Below are positions 45,541 through 59,925 of a stretch of 64,000 bases of DNA, piece after piece. A program made the translations under genes and the position numbers. Each line of letters begins with the position of its first letter. Within the stretch, counting starts at the first letter, position 1. The stretch comes from Asterias rubens (taxonomy: Eukaryota). The notes beneath the pieces are model-generated. The model worked only from the letters and a program-made list of their open reading frames with translations, did no database searches and was not told the origin of the DNA. The stretch covers positions 1,798,001 through 1,862,000 of the forward strand of contig NC_047063.1 in assembly GCF_902459465.1 (NCBI RefSeq), given 5' to 3'.

Positions 45541-45760
45541 TTAACCTAATTTTCCGGCTTCCTTCCAATCTTTATATCTGACACATTGAAGCACATTTTG
45601 AACACAAGGCGGAAACAATGACTTCAAAGGTTTTCGTTTCCAGCAACCCACTTTTTCTTAACCCCCACTTTTTAAACCTAATTTTCCAGCTTCCCTTCCT
45701 TAAGTTTTTTGACACATTGTCAGCGCACAGTTCGAGAGCATGAACAATGACTTCACAGTT
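45541..45760. repeat. Diverged tandem duplication (~130-bp period)
   Basis: aacctaattttcc.gcttcc...gacacattg...aacaatgacttca twice. Confidence 0.65.
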
Positions 45761-48700
45761 ACATGTTTTTCCCTACGCCGCTCATGTCAAAATAAATTTA
45801 CGACAAGGGGGCTGCGAACTTTTCACCATCTGGTCTCTCAAAATTTTGAAAAATAATTTTGAAAACAAATATTTATTTGGGAACTCAAACTCCACTTTGG
45901 ATCGGATTTTCATGGGAATGCAGTTTACAGTAATGGATACAACCAGATATTTGAGAGATGTCAACGCACCCAGGGAAAAAATGTGTATCGGACTGGACGT
46001 AGGGCAGACAGGTTAAATTATATAAATAGGAGCCTCCGGTCCAATTTCATTATGACATGTTTACAACAAAACAGTGTGGGAAACTTGAGCTGTACTCAGT
46101 ATGTTCTGGTGCATGACGTTATGTGCACACACCTGTAAGACACTCACATACCGCATGTAAACTTATGTGGGTGTAGGCAGTTCAAGTTTCAACATGCTTT
46201 CCAAGGTTTCTTTTCTACAGTGTTTTTTTCCCCCTCTGTTTTACAATTCATCATGGGAAAAGAAAAACACTTCAGTTGAAGTTGACAAACGATGTCACAA
46301 CAATGCATGGTATTGTTTATCAAGAAACCTGGTAAAGAAACCAGGTTGCTATGGTGCCAGTGCCTGCAAAGGTCTTCCTGGGGCAAGTGTATCAATAAAA
46401 AAAGTGCAAGAACTTCAAGGAAACCTTTTTTTTTTTTTTTTTTCTGTACATGGTCAAACTATGGATATTAATATTGTATCAGGTAAAAAGAATGTTATTT
46501 TGGTTTATCCTTATAATGATGTTTAGGTATACTTTACTATCCACGTCCTGTGGACAAAGTTTTACTTTACTTTTTGTTAGTACAAACACAATCTAGCAAA
46601 ATACAAGTTTGTATGGGCCTAATATGTAGATGCTCACTCAAGATTATATGAACTTCAAGCAAACTCTGCTTCCCTCAAAAAAATAAAATAACTCTACGAT
46701 ACTTCAAGTACAAAGTTGATACTAAAACTCTATGGCCTGAACCTGACCTCAGAGAAACAAACTTTATTTGATCATTTTGGTCCAATTTAAACATAAAATT
46801 CCTCCGCAACTTTTTTTCCTATCCACTTTAACCTTTCAAATATTTATTGTACATCACTTAATATGATGACAGATGTGGGCACGGCCATGCCTTCGGGGTC
46901 AAGGGTCAGTACGACCTTTATGAAGACAACCTGTTTCAATTTATTTCCCAAATAATAAAAAATCTCCACCCGAACTCCACTGTTTATTTTCAATTTTATG
47001 GGTGTTGATGTTTAGCGATACAAAGGATGTTCAGCATTAGACATGTTGGGTTTATTCCATCCAAGGGAAAGCAGCTGTGAGAAATCTTGAAAACTTTTTT
47101 TACGACAGGGGTGGGAAAAAAAGCTCTCTGAAAATAGCTTGTTTTTCTTGCAAGGAAGTCAGACGTCTATTTATTTATCTTGCTCTGTTGTTTAGGGAGA
47201 GTTGTCATGTAGTTCAATCATGTTGAAGTTGTTGTTTTGGGGTGTTTTTTTCTTTTTTATGTATGTTTGGGGGTGTTTTTGTTTTTCTTTTTTAGGTATG
47301 TTGGGGTTTTTTCAGGCAGCACCTGCCGAGTAAGACCACTTTGTTACAAGTGATCCGTGTGGAAATTATGTGGAAACACATTTTGTGTTCTGTCACTATT
47401 TTATGTTACTGTTTCAACTGGTGTGCGTTACCTTGAGTTTCGCAGCCAGCTTTGTTATTACTTGAATGGCCTTGTGTGTAGAGTTGTACAGCATGTGCTC
47501 TATTGAATAATCATAGATTGTTATGAAAACATTAACAGAAAACAAAATGTTCAATATTAACATCAAGTAAACATTTGTCAAAGTAAATTTCTGTTTTGAA
47601 ATTTGATGTTAAATTTTGTTTTCAATGTTTCTTAACATTTAACAATCATTTTTTAATATTAATAACTTGAATTACATTTCAAAGTAAAGATCAACACAAA
47701 TCAAAGTTTCAAACATATTGATAAATTCTGGTGTAGAATATTTATATTCATTGTTTTGGGGTTTGTTAAGCTAACATTTTATCAAGACAAAGTTTAAATA
47801 CTTTAAACCACAATTTTTAATAGATAGTTCTGAGCTTTTTTAGAGAAAAAAAATCATCAGGTTTTTCAAGACAAGTGAACCACTTGCACCTTAAATCCAG
47901 AAAACATATATATATGCTTAACATATTTTTTTTAAAGAAAAAAAACGCTTAGCAGGCCTTGAACTTTGCTCTTGAAGGGGCACAGACTGCAATTTCCCTC
48001 TGGTAAGGGACACTTCTATAAGAAAACATGTAATTTTGTACAGGGAACGAAAGCAAAAGCACAGGGCACCAAGACAATTACTTTGAGTGCCATAGATTAT
48101 TTTGAGGCCTGATATAGGCCTTCACTGTACATTCTAGGCCTACATCCCCTTATAAAAGGTAAAGTGTAAAAAAAGGAAATTCCATGGTGTTGGAAGAAAT
48201 TCTGTCTTTGTATCCATACAATGAAAGAGTGGAGTCCGATTGTCCGAAGATGACCTACAAATCTTCCTCTTTAACACCACACATTCCATCTCTTTGTATG
48301 AGGAGATGGTAATTTACCTTATCACTGACAACCGCCACAAAAGACTGTCTCAGGACCAAAGGCCATGGAAATAAGTGAAACTTTTCTTGGAACAATCTCA
48401 GAAGAAAGTAAAACACCAAAAGCTCCTGAAGAAACTAAAAAGATGACAGTGCATACATTGTACAAGTACAACTTTCTAGTGATTTATAAAATAAAATGAT
48501 TTTCACCAATTTGAAAAAGTACACATGATACATGATGTGAATATAGTGTAGTGCACTTTAACATGAAGTACAAAATGTATGTTATTACAATGTTCAATGT
48601 TGCTATAACAAACTGTTATGATTGACACTGACAACTGCAGTGATGTGATGATCAATCCATGTGCTGGACATTCATCAGCCTGTATCCTACCTAAAATAGT

Positions 48701-49892
48701 TTGAAACACATATAGCTCCATAGAGGGTAATTCTATCCATGACTCAGTTACAATGCGTCTTGTCATTCGGTCATTTGCTGAATCACACCATGGAGGTACC
48801 TCCATGATCACACTGATTAAGATGTCAACGCAGGCCTGTAATGCTTTGCTTTTGAAAGGATAAGGGAACGCACCAAGGCGTAAAGGCCATCCTATGAGGA
48901 AATTTTAAATTTCTACTGAGAGCATTTCAAGGGCACCAAGGCAATAACCAGGGGGCATGGAGGCAATGCATGAAGTATCAAGCCTGTCAACGTATATGAA
49001 GGATGAATTTCCAAGATATTTTAACTTATTTAATATGAACATAACACAAGTATGCATCCATCCTGTATCAAAAATGTGACCATGTAACCTAGCACTAATT
49101 AGGCTACATGTAGCTGAACTCGAGTGTCCCTGTCTAGTGTCTGTGGTGTGTGTATGATCCATCAATGTTTCAATCACTCTATTACATGTACACATGTGTA
49201 TTTTAAAAGAGATTATGTAACAGATTATTTGAAGTACATTTTTTCCAGAGTACATCGAGGCTCTTAATGTAATACACCTTTTCGTTTGTATGCACTTAAG
49301 CACAACACACGGCAAATTACGCTAACGAGTGACAGACAAAATTGTGTCTTTGGGCGCATGTCTACCAGGCCTGGAATTTCATCTTTAAAAGGGCAAGGCC
49401 ATTTCACTTTGCACACGCCACTTCCTTTGGGAAAATCTATAAAGTCAAAAGAAAACTTTTGAAAGGACACCAAGGCCAAGACCAAGACCTGCTATTCCAG
49501 GTACCAGCCAAAATGTCCATGCTACTCCTACCAGTCCCTACACTTCTTTTCCTTCAGGATTCTGCCTGACTGCCACCTTGACAACGCACTATTCTTCAAG
49601 CTTTCAACGGTGACTTTATTTTTGCAACCACACACATTCCCCTGGTTTCCAACATCACCGCAGGAATTAACCATAGAAAAGGTGTGATGTCACTTCAATC
49701 TCCAAACCTCAATTGGTAAATTAAATGATGAAACACAAGAGGTCAGGCAAAGGGTCAAACTAATTCTACAACTGGAAACTATGGTCTTATTTTCTACATA
49801 CTTGGTCAATTTTTCTACTTTCTCTTTTCTTTTATTACAGTTACAATGTGTAACCACATAGAGGTGGTCTAACACTGAACTATAGAACATGC

Positions 49893-50073
49893 CAGGCCTG
49901 TATATTTCATTTTTGAAAGGGCAGGGGCACCAAGGCATTTTCTCCTTGGTAAAAAAGGGCACCCAATGAGGAAATTGTAAATTTCTACTGTAGAGCATTT
50001 CAAGAGCACGAAGGCATTGACCAGGGGGCATCGGGGCAATCGCCTTTGTTGCCTCTGTAAAGTATCAGGCCTG
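49893..50073. mobile_element. CAGGCC...GGCCTG-ended non-autonomous element family (representative copy)
   Basis: Shared blocks aagggcaccaagg, gaaattgtaaatttct, ccagggggcatggaggcaat. Other copies at ~12417-12603, 16615-16759, 18073-18228, 23476-23776, 27115-27285, 43144-43304, 43773-43943, 47953-48111, 48831-48986, 49366-49505 and 56685-56813. hAT-like CAG ends, but no consistent 8-bp TSD was found. Confidence 0.7.
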
Positions 50074-51801
50074 TCAAGCTTTTGGCCAGCAGGAAATCCA
50101 AGTCTCCTTTTGTCATCCTCTTCAGACATTGGACAACCTACTTGATATTCAATCTACTACATACATGGCTTAAAATGGTATTCTGATGCCCCTAATATGA
50201 ATTTTTATTATCGACATTTTGCGAGAAACCCACTCATCGACTCTGTATTGCATCCAGTGATGTACAGCATTTCACCTTCTTCACATTACACAAACATACA
50301 TATAAAATTAGCAGTGCATTGATACAATCTATGCACAATAAAAGTGCATCACATAATGACTCAAAACCCCAACATATCAATATATGCTTTTAAAATCAAA
50401 CCACATTCCACCTGTCATACCAGCCTGTCAGCTTGACTCACACACCCAAAATGATAGCAACATCTAATGGCAACCAATTGACACTCATCAGATGTATCGT
50501 TAATGTGCACTACAAGTTTTAAGTTTTTGTGATGACAAAATAACTGCAAAATATTCAACCCAACTTGTATCAAAAGTACGCACTGTTACAGAAAGCACAC
50601 AACACATAGGCCTAGACTATTGAGATGGGTGCAGTGTGCAAAGCTTCCATACAGTTCGCAGTTTTTCTTCTCGTCTATACAAGTGGGTCTAAGGTCTTAA
50701 TCCTACTTGAGGCTGTAACAAGTGGAGACTCTTTAGAATGTTGCCGGTCTTTGTTTGCAAAATAACTGAATTGGGTGGTTACCTTGCGACATACCATTCC
50801 TCTGCGGTCAAAGAACCCATGATTTGAAGGAATTCAGGTTTTTTTCCAAAGCATCTAGATCCATTTGGAAACTCAGTGTAAAATGTAGGTTAATGTAGGT
50901 TTGCACTGCTTCCAAAATTTATTACAGAACCTGAGCTGAGGTACAGTTCTCAGATTACTTTAAGCTTTCCACTTGTCTTGATTGGTTGGGGCATGGTAGG
51001 GGGGTACATAATCTGTAAAAAGTAAAAGCTTCCTTGTAAGGACATGGTAACATGATAATTAAAAACCAACGTGGAATGAGAAACATTCTCAGCATAGAAA
51101 ATACAGGGTTATGACAATAGAAGTCATTTTCAAAGACATTTTCAAAGACATATGAGATACTAATAAAAAGTGACAGGGTGTTTAGCATCAGACCATTTAC
51201 ACAACCACCACCTCCCTGGGTAGAGTTTGCAAACACAAGTATCCAACTTTTATTTCAAGCCCCTGTTTTTGTAAATTTCCCTTAATCAATACACATTAAT
51301 CATGTGCACTTCTAGCCTATCTGCAGTGACAGTGCCACCCTGGCCAGGTCTAGACTCTATTCTAGCAAGACAGACAGGCGACCTCCCAGAAACTTCTAGG
51401 GTCAGAAAGTGTGTATGATACCCCTCCCTGGGTTCGATGGGACCACTTGAGTGTGAATGGCTGTAATTTCTATGATTGATCAGGCACCAGGACTTGCTCT
51501 TTTCTCTCCCTGCAGAGTCAAAGGTCAGCCAAACCATGATATGCAGACTACAGAAGTCACGGTTTACAATATAATTAGGTTTCTCTGGGGAGACTGTCCT
51601 TATAATTATGTCACAACATTTTTAAGAAGTGACCCCTTAAAAGAAGTAACACAAGTCACAAGTAGTACATGTACGTAGACAGACATAATACACAAGTTTG
51701 CTATTTGGAAAACGGAGATTTATAGACCCTGCACTACATGTAGTATAGAATTTTAAATAATCATATTTTTAGAGCATTACTCTGATATTTCTAGAGGAAA
51801 C

Positions 51802-51875
51802 ACAAAACATTTATTAATTTTGATTGTGTACTCTTTGCACAAAACATTTATTAACTTTGATTGTGTACTCTTTGA
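51802..51875. repeat. ~36-bp tandem duplication
   Basis: cacaaaacatttattaa.tttgattgtgtactctttg x2. Confidence 0.8.
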
Positions 51876-52589
51876 GCTCTGTAACACCTTGGCAAGTGTT
51901 TCACATTAATTTACAAATAAAATCTTTTCTTTACCAGGTATGTTCTTTTGGTAGCTCAGACCGACTAAGCGTAAATCAATGCTCTCAGACACACAGAATT
52001 CCATGAATTGAAATTGGGTTAGCAGTGAAATTTTGCTTATACCTGTACGTACTGCATGTTACTAGGCATTCTTCGCTTACAAGCTAGCCCAGAAATTCGG
52101 CCCTTGCCAGTAGGCGGAGTAAAAGTGATCATAAGCGCAGATTTTGGGGGTAAGCAGAGCCATGAAATGGGGCCCTGATCAGCTGAAAAACTAGCTGCAT
52201 GCCTGAACAAGGAAATCAGCCGATCAGCTGGGAAGTTGGATGCCTGATGAAAGAGGTAGCATGAATCAATATTGATCTCATCAAAATCAATCAAAATCAA
52301 TTTCCCATTTACTTTAATTGCATGTTCAGGTGGGGACCCGATAGTGAAGGTCTATCCCAACATTGCTTAAAAAGGTTTTTATCCAAATTGGAAACGAAAA
52401 GACAAAGAACCTCAAGAACATCTGAAAAATAACAACATGGAATCACATGTGCACAGCAAAAGTGTATTGGTTGCTTTTAATTGTGGCAAAAAACCCTCTC
52501 CAATCTACTCTCTCAGAATATACTTTACAAGTCTCTACAAAATACCAAAGCTGTCCTGTGTCCATATAGTAATTTGAAAACTCGGGTAA

Positions 52590-52740
52590 GACCCTCCTAC
52601 TACTGTTTGACCATTCAATATCATTTACTCTGGTTTTGAATGATAGATAAACTATGCAAGTCTACAATACGATATCTATCACAGCACACAGTCAACCCTC
52701 CTACTGTCTGACCATTCAATAAACTATGCCAGCCTATCAT
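52590..52740. repeat. Dispersed repeat, reverse complement of ~2520-2670
   Basis: aaccctcctactgtctgaccattcaat vs attgaatggtcagacagtaggagggtt. Confidence 0.65.
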
Positions 52741-54032
52741 ATAACATGGTAATTGCATTTAATACACAGACAGTACACAGTTACTTCTGCACACAGGGGT
52801 GCGTTTTCGCAGTCGTAGACAATTTTAACTGTTTACTTCAATGTCCAGTGATCAACCAAAACATTGCAATACAGCCAGGAAAACGCACCCCAAATGTGCC
52901 ACCATATAAAACCTGTGCAGTTGAATGGTTTCAAATGGTTTGTTGCAAGCAAATCACCGTAAAATATCACCAGAATATAGAAAGTGAAGTTTAACATTCA
53001 GAAATCTTAACATTTTACGCATGGATAGCAGTGAAAAGGAAAGTTCTTATGTCCAGTTAGATGTAATAGATGCCTGTTTATCTAGACACTTTTATCAATT
53101 CAATCTGGCAACTTCATGTTTTGCTTTCCCAATTATTTCATACTAGTTACAAGGGTCAATGACCAAGCTTAGCTGGTCCCTGGTAATTGATTGGGAACTT
53201 GTCAGTGTTTAAGAACCTACCTCCTCTGGTTCCAACCAAGGACATCCTTGAGTAGTACATCAAGCCAGATGACTGCCAACTAGTCCGACTAAACACTGTT
53301 TTAATAATTTGTACACGCCAATCAGAATAACTTTAACATGATAGATACAATTTTGCCAGCCTGCAAAATCATTAGCCTAAATGCATTGAATACACAGTTA
53401 GTCATGTGACGCAGTTTTTGTAATTTGGTCGTGATCCATGGCTACACAGCAACAGGTTGTTGTAGCTTCTGACTGGCTCCACACACAAACATATTGAGGA
53501 AACAAGGAGAGAAGACGCCAACATTAGGGCTAAATAGCTCAGTTGGTAGAGCACCAACAGGTTTCTGGGAGTCGCAGATTCAAGTCATGCTGTAATCAAT
53601 TTGTCTGTGTTCATCTCAAAATTTGAATCAATTTCATTCACTGAATGCTCTCATGAAAAAAAAAAACATGTGAAAAGTTTGCCTCACTTGGTCATCGAAG
53701 TTGCAAGGAAATACTGATAGAAAAAATACCCTCGTTGCATAGAACTAGATGTGTTTTCTGATGACTGAGAGGCTTCATGCCGAAGCCTTTCTCAGGTTCA
53801 AATTTTTAGGATGAAAAACTACCCTTTTCTCAAAAAGGGTGTCATTCCTAACAATGTTTTGTAATATCAACAACTCTTCAAGTTCAAGGTATTCTTTACC
53901 AAGTAAGTTTGTATGGTCATTAATTTTAGGGGTAATTCACCACTGTATCCATTACAAAATCCTACCGCTAAAAAAATTGACAATTTACGACTTCAGGACT
54001 GAACTTGACCCAGACAGGAGACAAGGCGTTTC

Positions 54033-54440
54033 TGTCAATTATGCTGACCTGACATCTGGATTTTCGCTTCAAAACCCAGAGAGGGTTTTATTAACATCTG
54101 ATTGAGAAATAAATCATCCACAGGGGGGGGGGGGGTGGGGTGGTTGAGGTAAAGACAACCACTGTGATGCATTATAAATGAAAATTGTTAATTCTGTCAA
54201 TTATGTTGGTTGAGGAAAAGATAATGTAGTGATACATGGTAAACGAAAATGGTAAATAATGTCAATTATCAAAATGAATATGTCAATTGTCAATTACGCT
54301 GACACAACATCTGGATTTTAGCTTTAAAAAAGCTGATTTTTAAATAAATCATACACAAGGGGCAGACTTCCCCTTCCGAGGGGAGGGGGGTGAGGAAAAG
54401 ACAACCATTGTGATGCTTTATAAATGAAAATTGTAAATTT
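54033..54440. repeat. Diverged tandem duplication (~255-bp period)
   Basis: gtcaatta.gctgac..acatctggatttt...aagacaacca.tgtgatgc.ttataaatgaaaattgt twice. Confidence 0.7.
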
Positions 54441-54618
54441 GACCAACAAGTTTGGTTGTTGAAAACTGTGCATGTGTTTAAATTAAAGCCATGATATAGG
54501 CTTACAAAACAAGACCTAAAACCCTCTGCCAGAAGATTTCTGAGAATTCTACAGCCCCCCTAAAAAGGTGATCCAGAGATTAAGCCTCATGATTGTTTGT
54601 ATTCCTTGAGCAGGATGA

Positions 54619-54635
54619 AGGTCATAAGGAGGTCA
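54619..54635 (+). promoter_or_regulatory. Perfect DR5 nuclear-receptor element (RARE-type)
   Basis: AGGTCA-taagg-AGGTCA. Motif match only. Confidence 0.4.
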
Positions 54636-57600
54636 ACACCCACTTTGTAGTGCCAGGGAGAGGTTCTCGTTATACAAAAAATCACCTAAGAGAAGGTCTC
54701 TTTGGTGCTTGGCACAACTTTCTCTCCAAATTATATCAGTTTCCGGAAGACATAAAGAGGTGCACACATGTAATTTATGACACCTGCCCCAGCAGGGGAT
54801 AATGCATTAGTTGCTGTTAACCTTGGAACCTTTCCCTCCTTCAAGAAGCTAAAATTAACTTCACCTTGCCCCCTTCTGATCAACACATCTTCCTACAACC
54901 TGTTCGAAATCAGAAAGGTCCACATACGAAAACATAGTGGCTTCTTGTGTACAGTGACCCATCTGCCATGGCTCCTTGAAATAATGCTCACTAAATGGCT
55001 TTATTACGGTAGTTTTATAGCGTCTTGTATTAACAAAAAATAATTAAAATTACACAGTACAATGTCAAGTGTGTATTTGAATAGCCAAGTTTAACCCCCT
55101 ATAGTAATTAGATTTTAGTACCCACAATTTTTGCCACACGGTTTTATGTATCAAGTTTTCCAATTCAATTAAATATTATTAATTCCAAACATTTTTGATT
55201 TCCTACCTGATTGCGTGGGTTTCCCAATTGTGGCATTTTCTTCCAGTATTTTGTTACCGTGAACAGTTCTTCTCTTTCATCTTTAATTTTTTAACATCAA
55301 ATTTCCTGGCATTATACAAGCCAAATTAGATGTGATTTACCATCAGTAATTAGCAATTATAGTTTAAAAAGTAAAACTTAATTCGTATTCATCCTGTTAT
55401 TGGTGCTTCTACTAGATGTGAAATAAATCAAACATTTATGTTTAAATTTATGTTTTATTTAACAGTACAAAGTTTACATTTCATCATCTAGTATAAAGTT
55501 CCCAACAGAATTCCCAAGGAGCAAAGTCCTGCATAATATTTTTCAGCAAATCAAGTAGAAACTTGTTCCAACAATGCACACAATCCTATAGAGCCTTTTT
55601 CTGGACCCAAAAGTGACAGGCAATTTGTTGCGAGGACTCAGGGGAAATGACCGATTAGCCAATCAAAAAACCACAACCGCTGCCGATTTCTATTAGATTT
55701 TCAACTCAGAGGGAGCCCAGGCTGCATCAGGGCAAGCTTTGCTAAGGGGAGACTAAGAGCCACAATGCGTGGGTGACCCATTGGTATAACCTTCCCTTGC
55801 ATTGGTTCCCACGGTCTGGCAGGTTACACTTCATTAAAGATGTGGTTACAGTTTTGGTTACTTTTTTTTGACGATAGATAAATTTCATTGTGTTAAAATT
55901 CATGTAAAATACCATTGCTGTTGGTGTAATTCTCTTACACAATGATCTAATCTGACATTTTAATTTTCCTTTTTTCAAGCGAAAAAGTTTCTTAACTAAA
56001 AAGTCTTTAATTTTTCAACACATTTCTACACCACAAATCAAAATACCATGTCTTTTTTTAAACAATTGCCCTGAGAAATAAATAAAGTCAAATAAAGATT
56101 ATTTTGCAAATACAATTAGTATTTACCAGTTGTGTCAGTACCTTTAATAACATCACAATAAATCTATCACATTACATTCCTCAATTGTCAAACCTAACCT
56201 CGCTTTACCATTAGGGTTTCTATGAAAGGTACAAGGTACAAACTTCATTATTTACAGTTGGTGATAACATTTGGCTGTGAATTTAAGGGTGTTTGCAAAC
56301 AATTCAACTCAAGAACACTAACAAGTGGTAACCTTCTGTTATCTTTTTTTTTTAAACAGAATCAGTTTTGAATTTTAACTGTCACACAGACTGGAGAAAC
56401 AAAGTGCTTTCACAGCCACCAACCGACTGGTGGTGCCTCGTTCTGAGGATGATTAGTGTAGTGAAACTAATCAACAAATTGGACATTATTGGCTGTGTTT
56501 CATAGAAAATTCATTTGCTGAATTGGAATCTTACCAGCCTGATGGAACTACTTTCATAAAATAAATTGGGTTTTTTTATAGAGGAAGGGGAAAATGTTTG
56601 TCTGTGTATTCACAATTTTTGGTCCGCCAACATTTCTGTAATTTGAGCGTGATAAACCAAGTCTTGATTTACATGGTTTTGCATGAAGGGCATCGGCTCT
56701 GTTGTTCTTTGTTCTGGCCCTGGTGCCCTTTCAAAGATTTCCCATAGACTTTAAGATTTTCCAATGGAAGTGTAAAAATGAAAATGGCCTTGCCTTTTTT
56801 CAAAGAAGGCCTGATGCATCAGTTGCTACTCAAATGTTATCATTCGCTACTCAATTGTAGTATTCAGTGTTTACAAAACATTGGGAACTCTATTCATTTT
56901 AATACAGTCTCTTCACTCGGTAAAAATTAACTGCCGATCGAACTGATCAAGTTTGTGGCGTCACTTCTACATTGTTTAATTGGTATTTTTTACATAATGC
57001 ATGACGTACTCAATGGAATGGACCATGATCACACAAAGAACGCCAACTATGGGCCACCTGTGACCTTGTATGCTTGGCAGCAATGATGAACAATGAAAGT
57101 ATGCGCTTTTATTGAAAAACAAAATACTGTTATATGATCTTGTCTGGAATATTTTAGTGAGCACTGAACACAATCTTTCAAAATTGGGTTTTGAATTTCA
57201 TTCATGACCAGGCACATAATGAAATGAAACACATTGTAAAAAAAAGAAAATACATTATGATGACATTTGAAGTCTTTACCAAAGAGCTAGGTTCTAAAAC
57301 AAAACTATTGACCACTAGATGCTCAAGATGCGCTGCGCAATACAAAATGTACACAAAGAAAATTACTCCCCAAAAGGTGGGCGCACATTGTGTGGAGGTG
57401 CATTTTATGTCATGCAAGGGGTCAATTGAAATTTTAAAAATGATATGGTGCTCTGGCTTCGGCCCAATTTTTATTGTTTTTTCAAGTTTTTATCTGAACT
57501 TAACATACAATGCAATCCTAAAGGCTGGCTGCAATTTTAGAGCAATTTTTATTTTATTGTACATGCTAATTCCAAGCAACCAACCAGTCTGTATCTAGGC

Positions 57601-58915
57601 TTACACCACATGTCAAATCTGTTTGAAATGCATGCATAGGATATTACATAATCGTGTGTCTGTGACTATTGTAATGTAATTGATTATCATTTACATTTAT
57701 ACATTATACAGTGTACATACATTCAATAATTTAAAAAAGTAGGCTTGTTTACAAATAAATTATTTTTTGTGAACTTTGCAGAAACTGTTATAAAAAGATC
57801 ATGACATTAGGCCTAATTGATAAACAAGGTCTGTCATCCACTACATATTAAAAATATCTAGCATTCAACCAGATAAACAACTGTACCAGATATAATTATC
57901 TGTCTCACAAGGAAGTTGGCATGGGAGAAAATCATGAATGCAGATCAATTCCAATAACAAACCTAATAATGTCCATGCATACACTCTGCCAAACTAGCGA
58001 CATGGCCTTTAATTTACAGTGCAGTCACCTTGATTACCATTGCTGTTTATGTATAGACTGTGTAAGTCGGGCACATTGAACATTGCCACATTGATTAAAG
58101 TGCACTATTTCGATCATTCACACAAAATGCAATGTACGAAGGAACCCTTGGAATGTTCCTTTTAAAATATTTGAATATGTGCAAGATTAGCACAGTCTAC
58201 TAGCCAGACCACTTAAATGACTTTATAATGTGTTGGGAATTTATTTCAGAATACAAATTGCTAACGTACATTCATACCAAAAGTCCTTCCCATGCTGCTA
58301 CTTAGGCTACTATCTTTGTGATGTACCAAGTGTGCCAACCTTACAAATGGTGGAGGGTGATTGTCATTACACCGATAAGGGACCCAACAATTTTGCCCTT
58401 CCATCCTCAGTTTGGTATTGATTTGAAAGAGAGAATTTGTGTCCATAAAGAGAAACATGGTACAACAAAGTCTACTACAATCCTATGGTAATTTCTCATA
58501 AAAAAACTGTTGTATCTTTAGGCTGTTTTGAGGGTAAACATGTCCTGGTTTCAGTGAAAAATATACTTTGGCACAACAAAGTCCTGGGTTCCGTTAAAAG
58601 GGCTATTATTTCAAAACGCAGTTCATCATTTATCCACAGAACTTTACAAGTTTGTCAACTTGACTGTCATTACTAAGGCTAGTCAACTAACTACAACATT
58701 ACAAAACACATGAATAAATTAGTATGAATGCCCAGCCCAGATGTAGAATGTGTTTTAAATACTGATTCAAATAGGGTCAGCACTAACCATCCGGCTACAC
58801 TATTTGAAAGTCAAAGAGCTAACATTACAAACGTTGAACAATCCACCTTGTACATCTGGAATGTAGTCAAACACTTTAGGACACTTTTGGTTCCCTAATA
58901 TTGCACAACCTCTTA

Positions 58916-59094
58916 AGGCCCGGTCCCACTGCTGCGATAACGAGATCGATAACGATAACGACACAAAGAGAACGCATTCCATTGGTTGAATGAGCGTGTG
59001 CGTATTCTGCGTGGAGCGATTCAACCAATACAATGCGTTCTCTGTGTGTCGTGACTGTTATCGTTCTCGTTATCGCTGCAGTGTGACCCGGCCT
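58916..59094. mobile_element. Harbinger-type foldback MITE, TTA TSD
   Basis: TTA|AGGCCCGGTCCCACTGCTGCGATAACGAGA ... TCTCGTTATCGCTGCAGTGTGACCCGGCCT|TTA. Confidence 0.82.
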
Positions 59095-59538
59095 TTAGTC
59101 TTTTTAGGCCACAATATCGTGTTCCGAAAAAGTCCCAATTTTTGAACACACATTACAGGAAAGACTTACACGGTCTAGTCTACAACAACGTTTCTAGCCT
59201 TAATACCACAGTACCTTATCTTTAATTGAGATGAGATGTTCAAGTTGTCGACAGATTTTATGATTAAAATGGCATATTCGCGGCCAGGCTGCTACGTTTT
59301 GTAATTGATTTCACAGCAAGCAAGAATTGTAGAATAATGGATAATTGAAGAATGCGGTTATTGAGTGCACTGCATCTTTTTTCCAGTTCGAGATTTCTTT
59401 ATAAGGAAAAGTGTTGCTCAAAATCTAAGATCAATGTTTTTCTTGAATTTTGTTAACTTTGTATTTACCGCCAAATCAATCTCTGGACAGTTTTACCAAC
59501 TACATGTACATGTAGGTAAGGTGCACCATGGACAGGGG

Positions 59539-59601
59539 TAGTTGCGCTAAACGTAACCCTCCTGCCGACGGCGTAGCAGGAGCGTTACGTTATCGCAACT
59601 A
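59539..59601. mobile_element. 63-bp foldback element with 9-bp TSD, same family
   Basis: ggacagggg|TAGTTGCGC...GTTATCGCAACTA|ggacaggga. Confidence 0.8.
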
Positions 59602-59662
59602 GGACAGGGAGGGGGAGGGGGTACTTTTCTGACTGCTATATTTTAGTCACTACCAAAACCTC

Positions 59663-59925
59663 ATAACTTTCCGCATGGCGCCACCACTTTTTCACTAATT
59701 TTTACAAAAAGGGATGGCTAACTTTCCGTATGGCGCCACCACTTTTTCACTCATTTTTACAAAAAGGGATATATCAATCAGGTAAATTAGATACTATATT
59801 ATTTTATTTCGAATGAAAAAGTGGTGGCGCCATACGAAAACTTTTCCAAAGGGATCAATCAGGTAAATTAGATACTATAATATTTAATTTCGAATGAAAA
59901 AGTGGTGGCGCCATACGGAAAGTTA
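59663..59925. mobile_element. MITE (AACTTTCCGTATGGCGCCACCAC TIR) with both ends locally duplicated
   Basis: Left TIR appears twice and the right half twice. Inverted single copy at 63236-63362. Confidence 0.8.

Noticed and set aside
48823-48994. 8-bp hAT TSD for the CAGGCC family
   Set aside because: A partial match (tcaacg) occurs at this copy only; other copies show no consistent duplication, so the superfamily is left unassigned.
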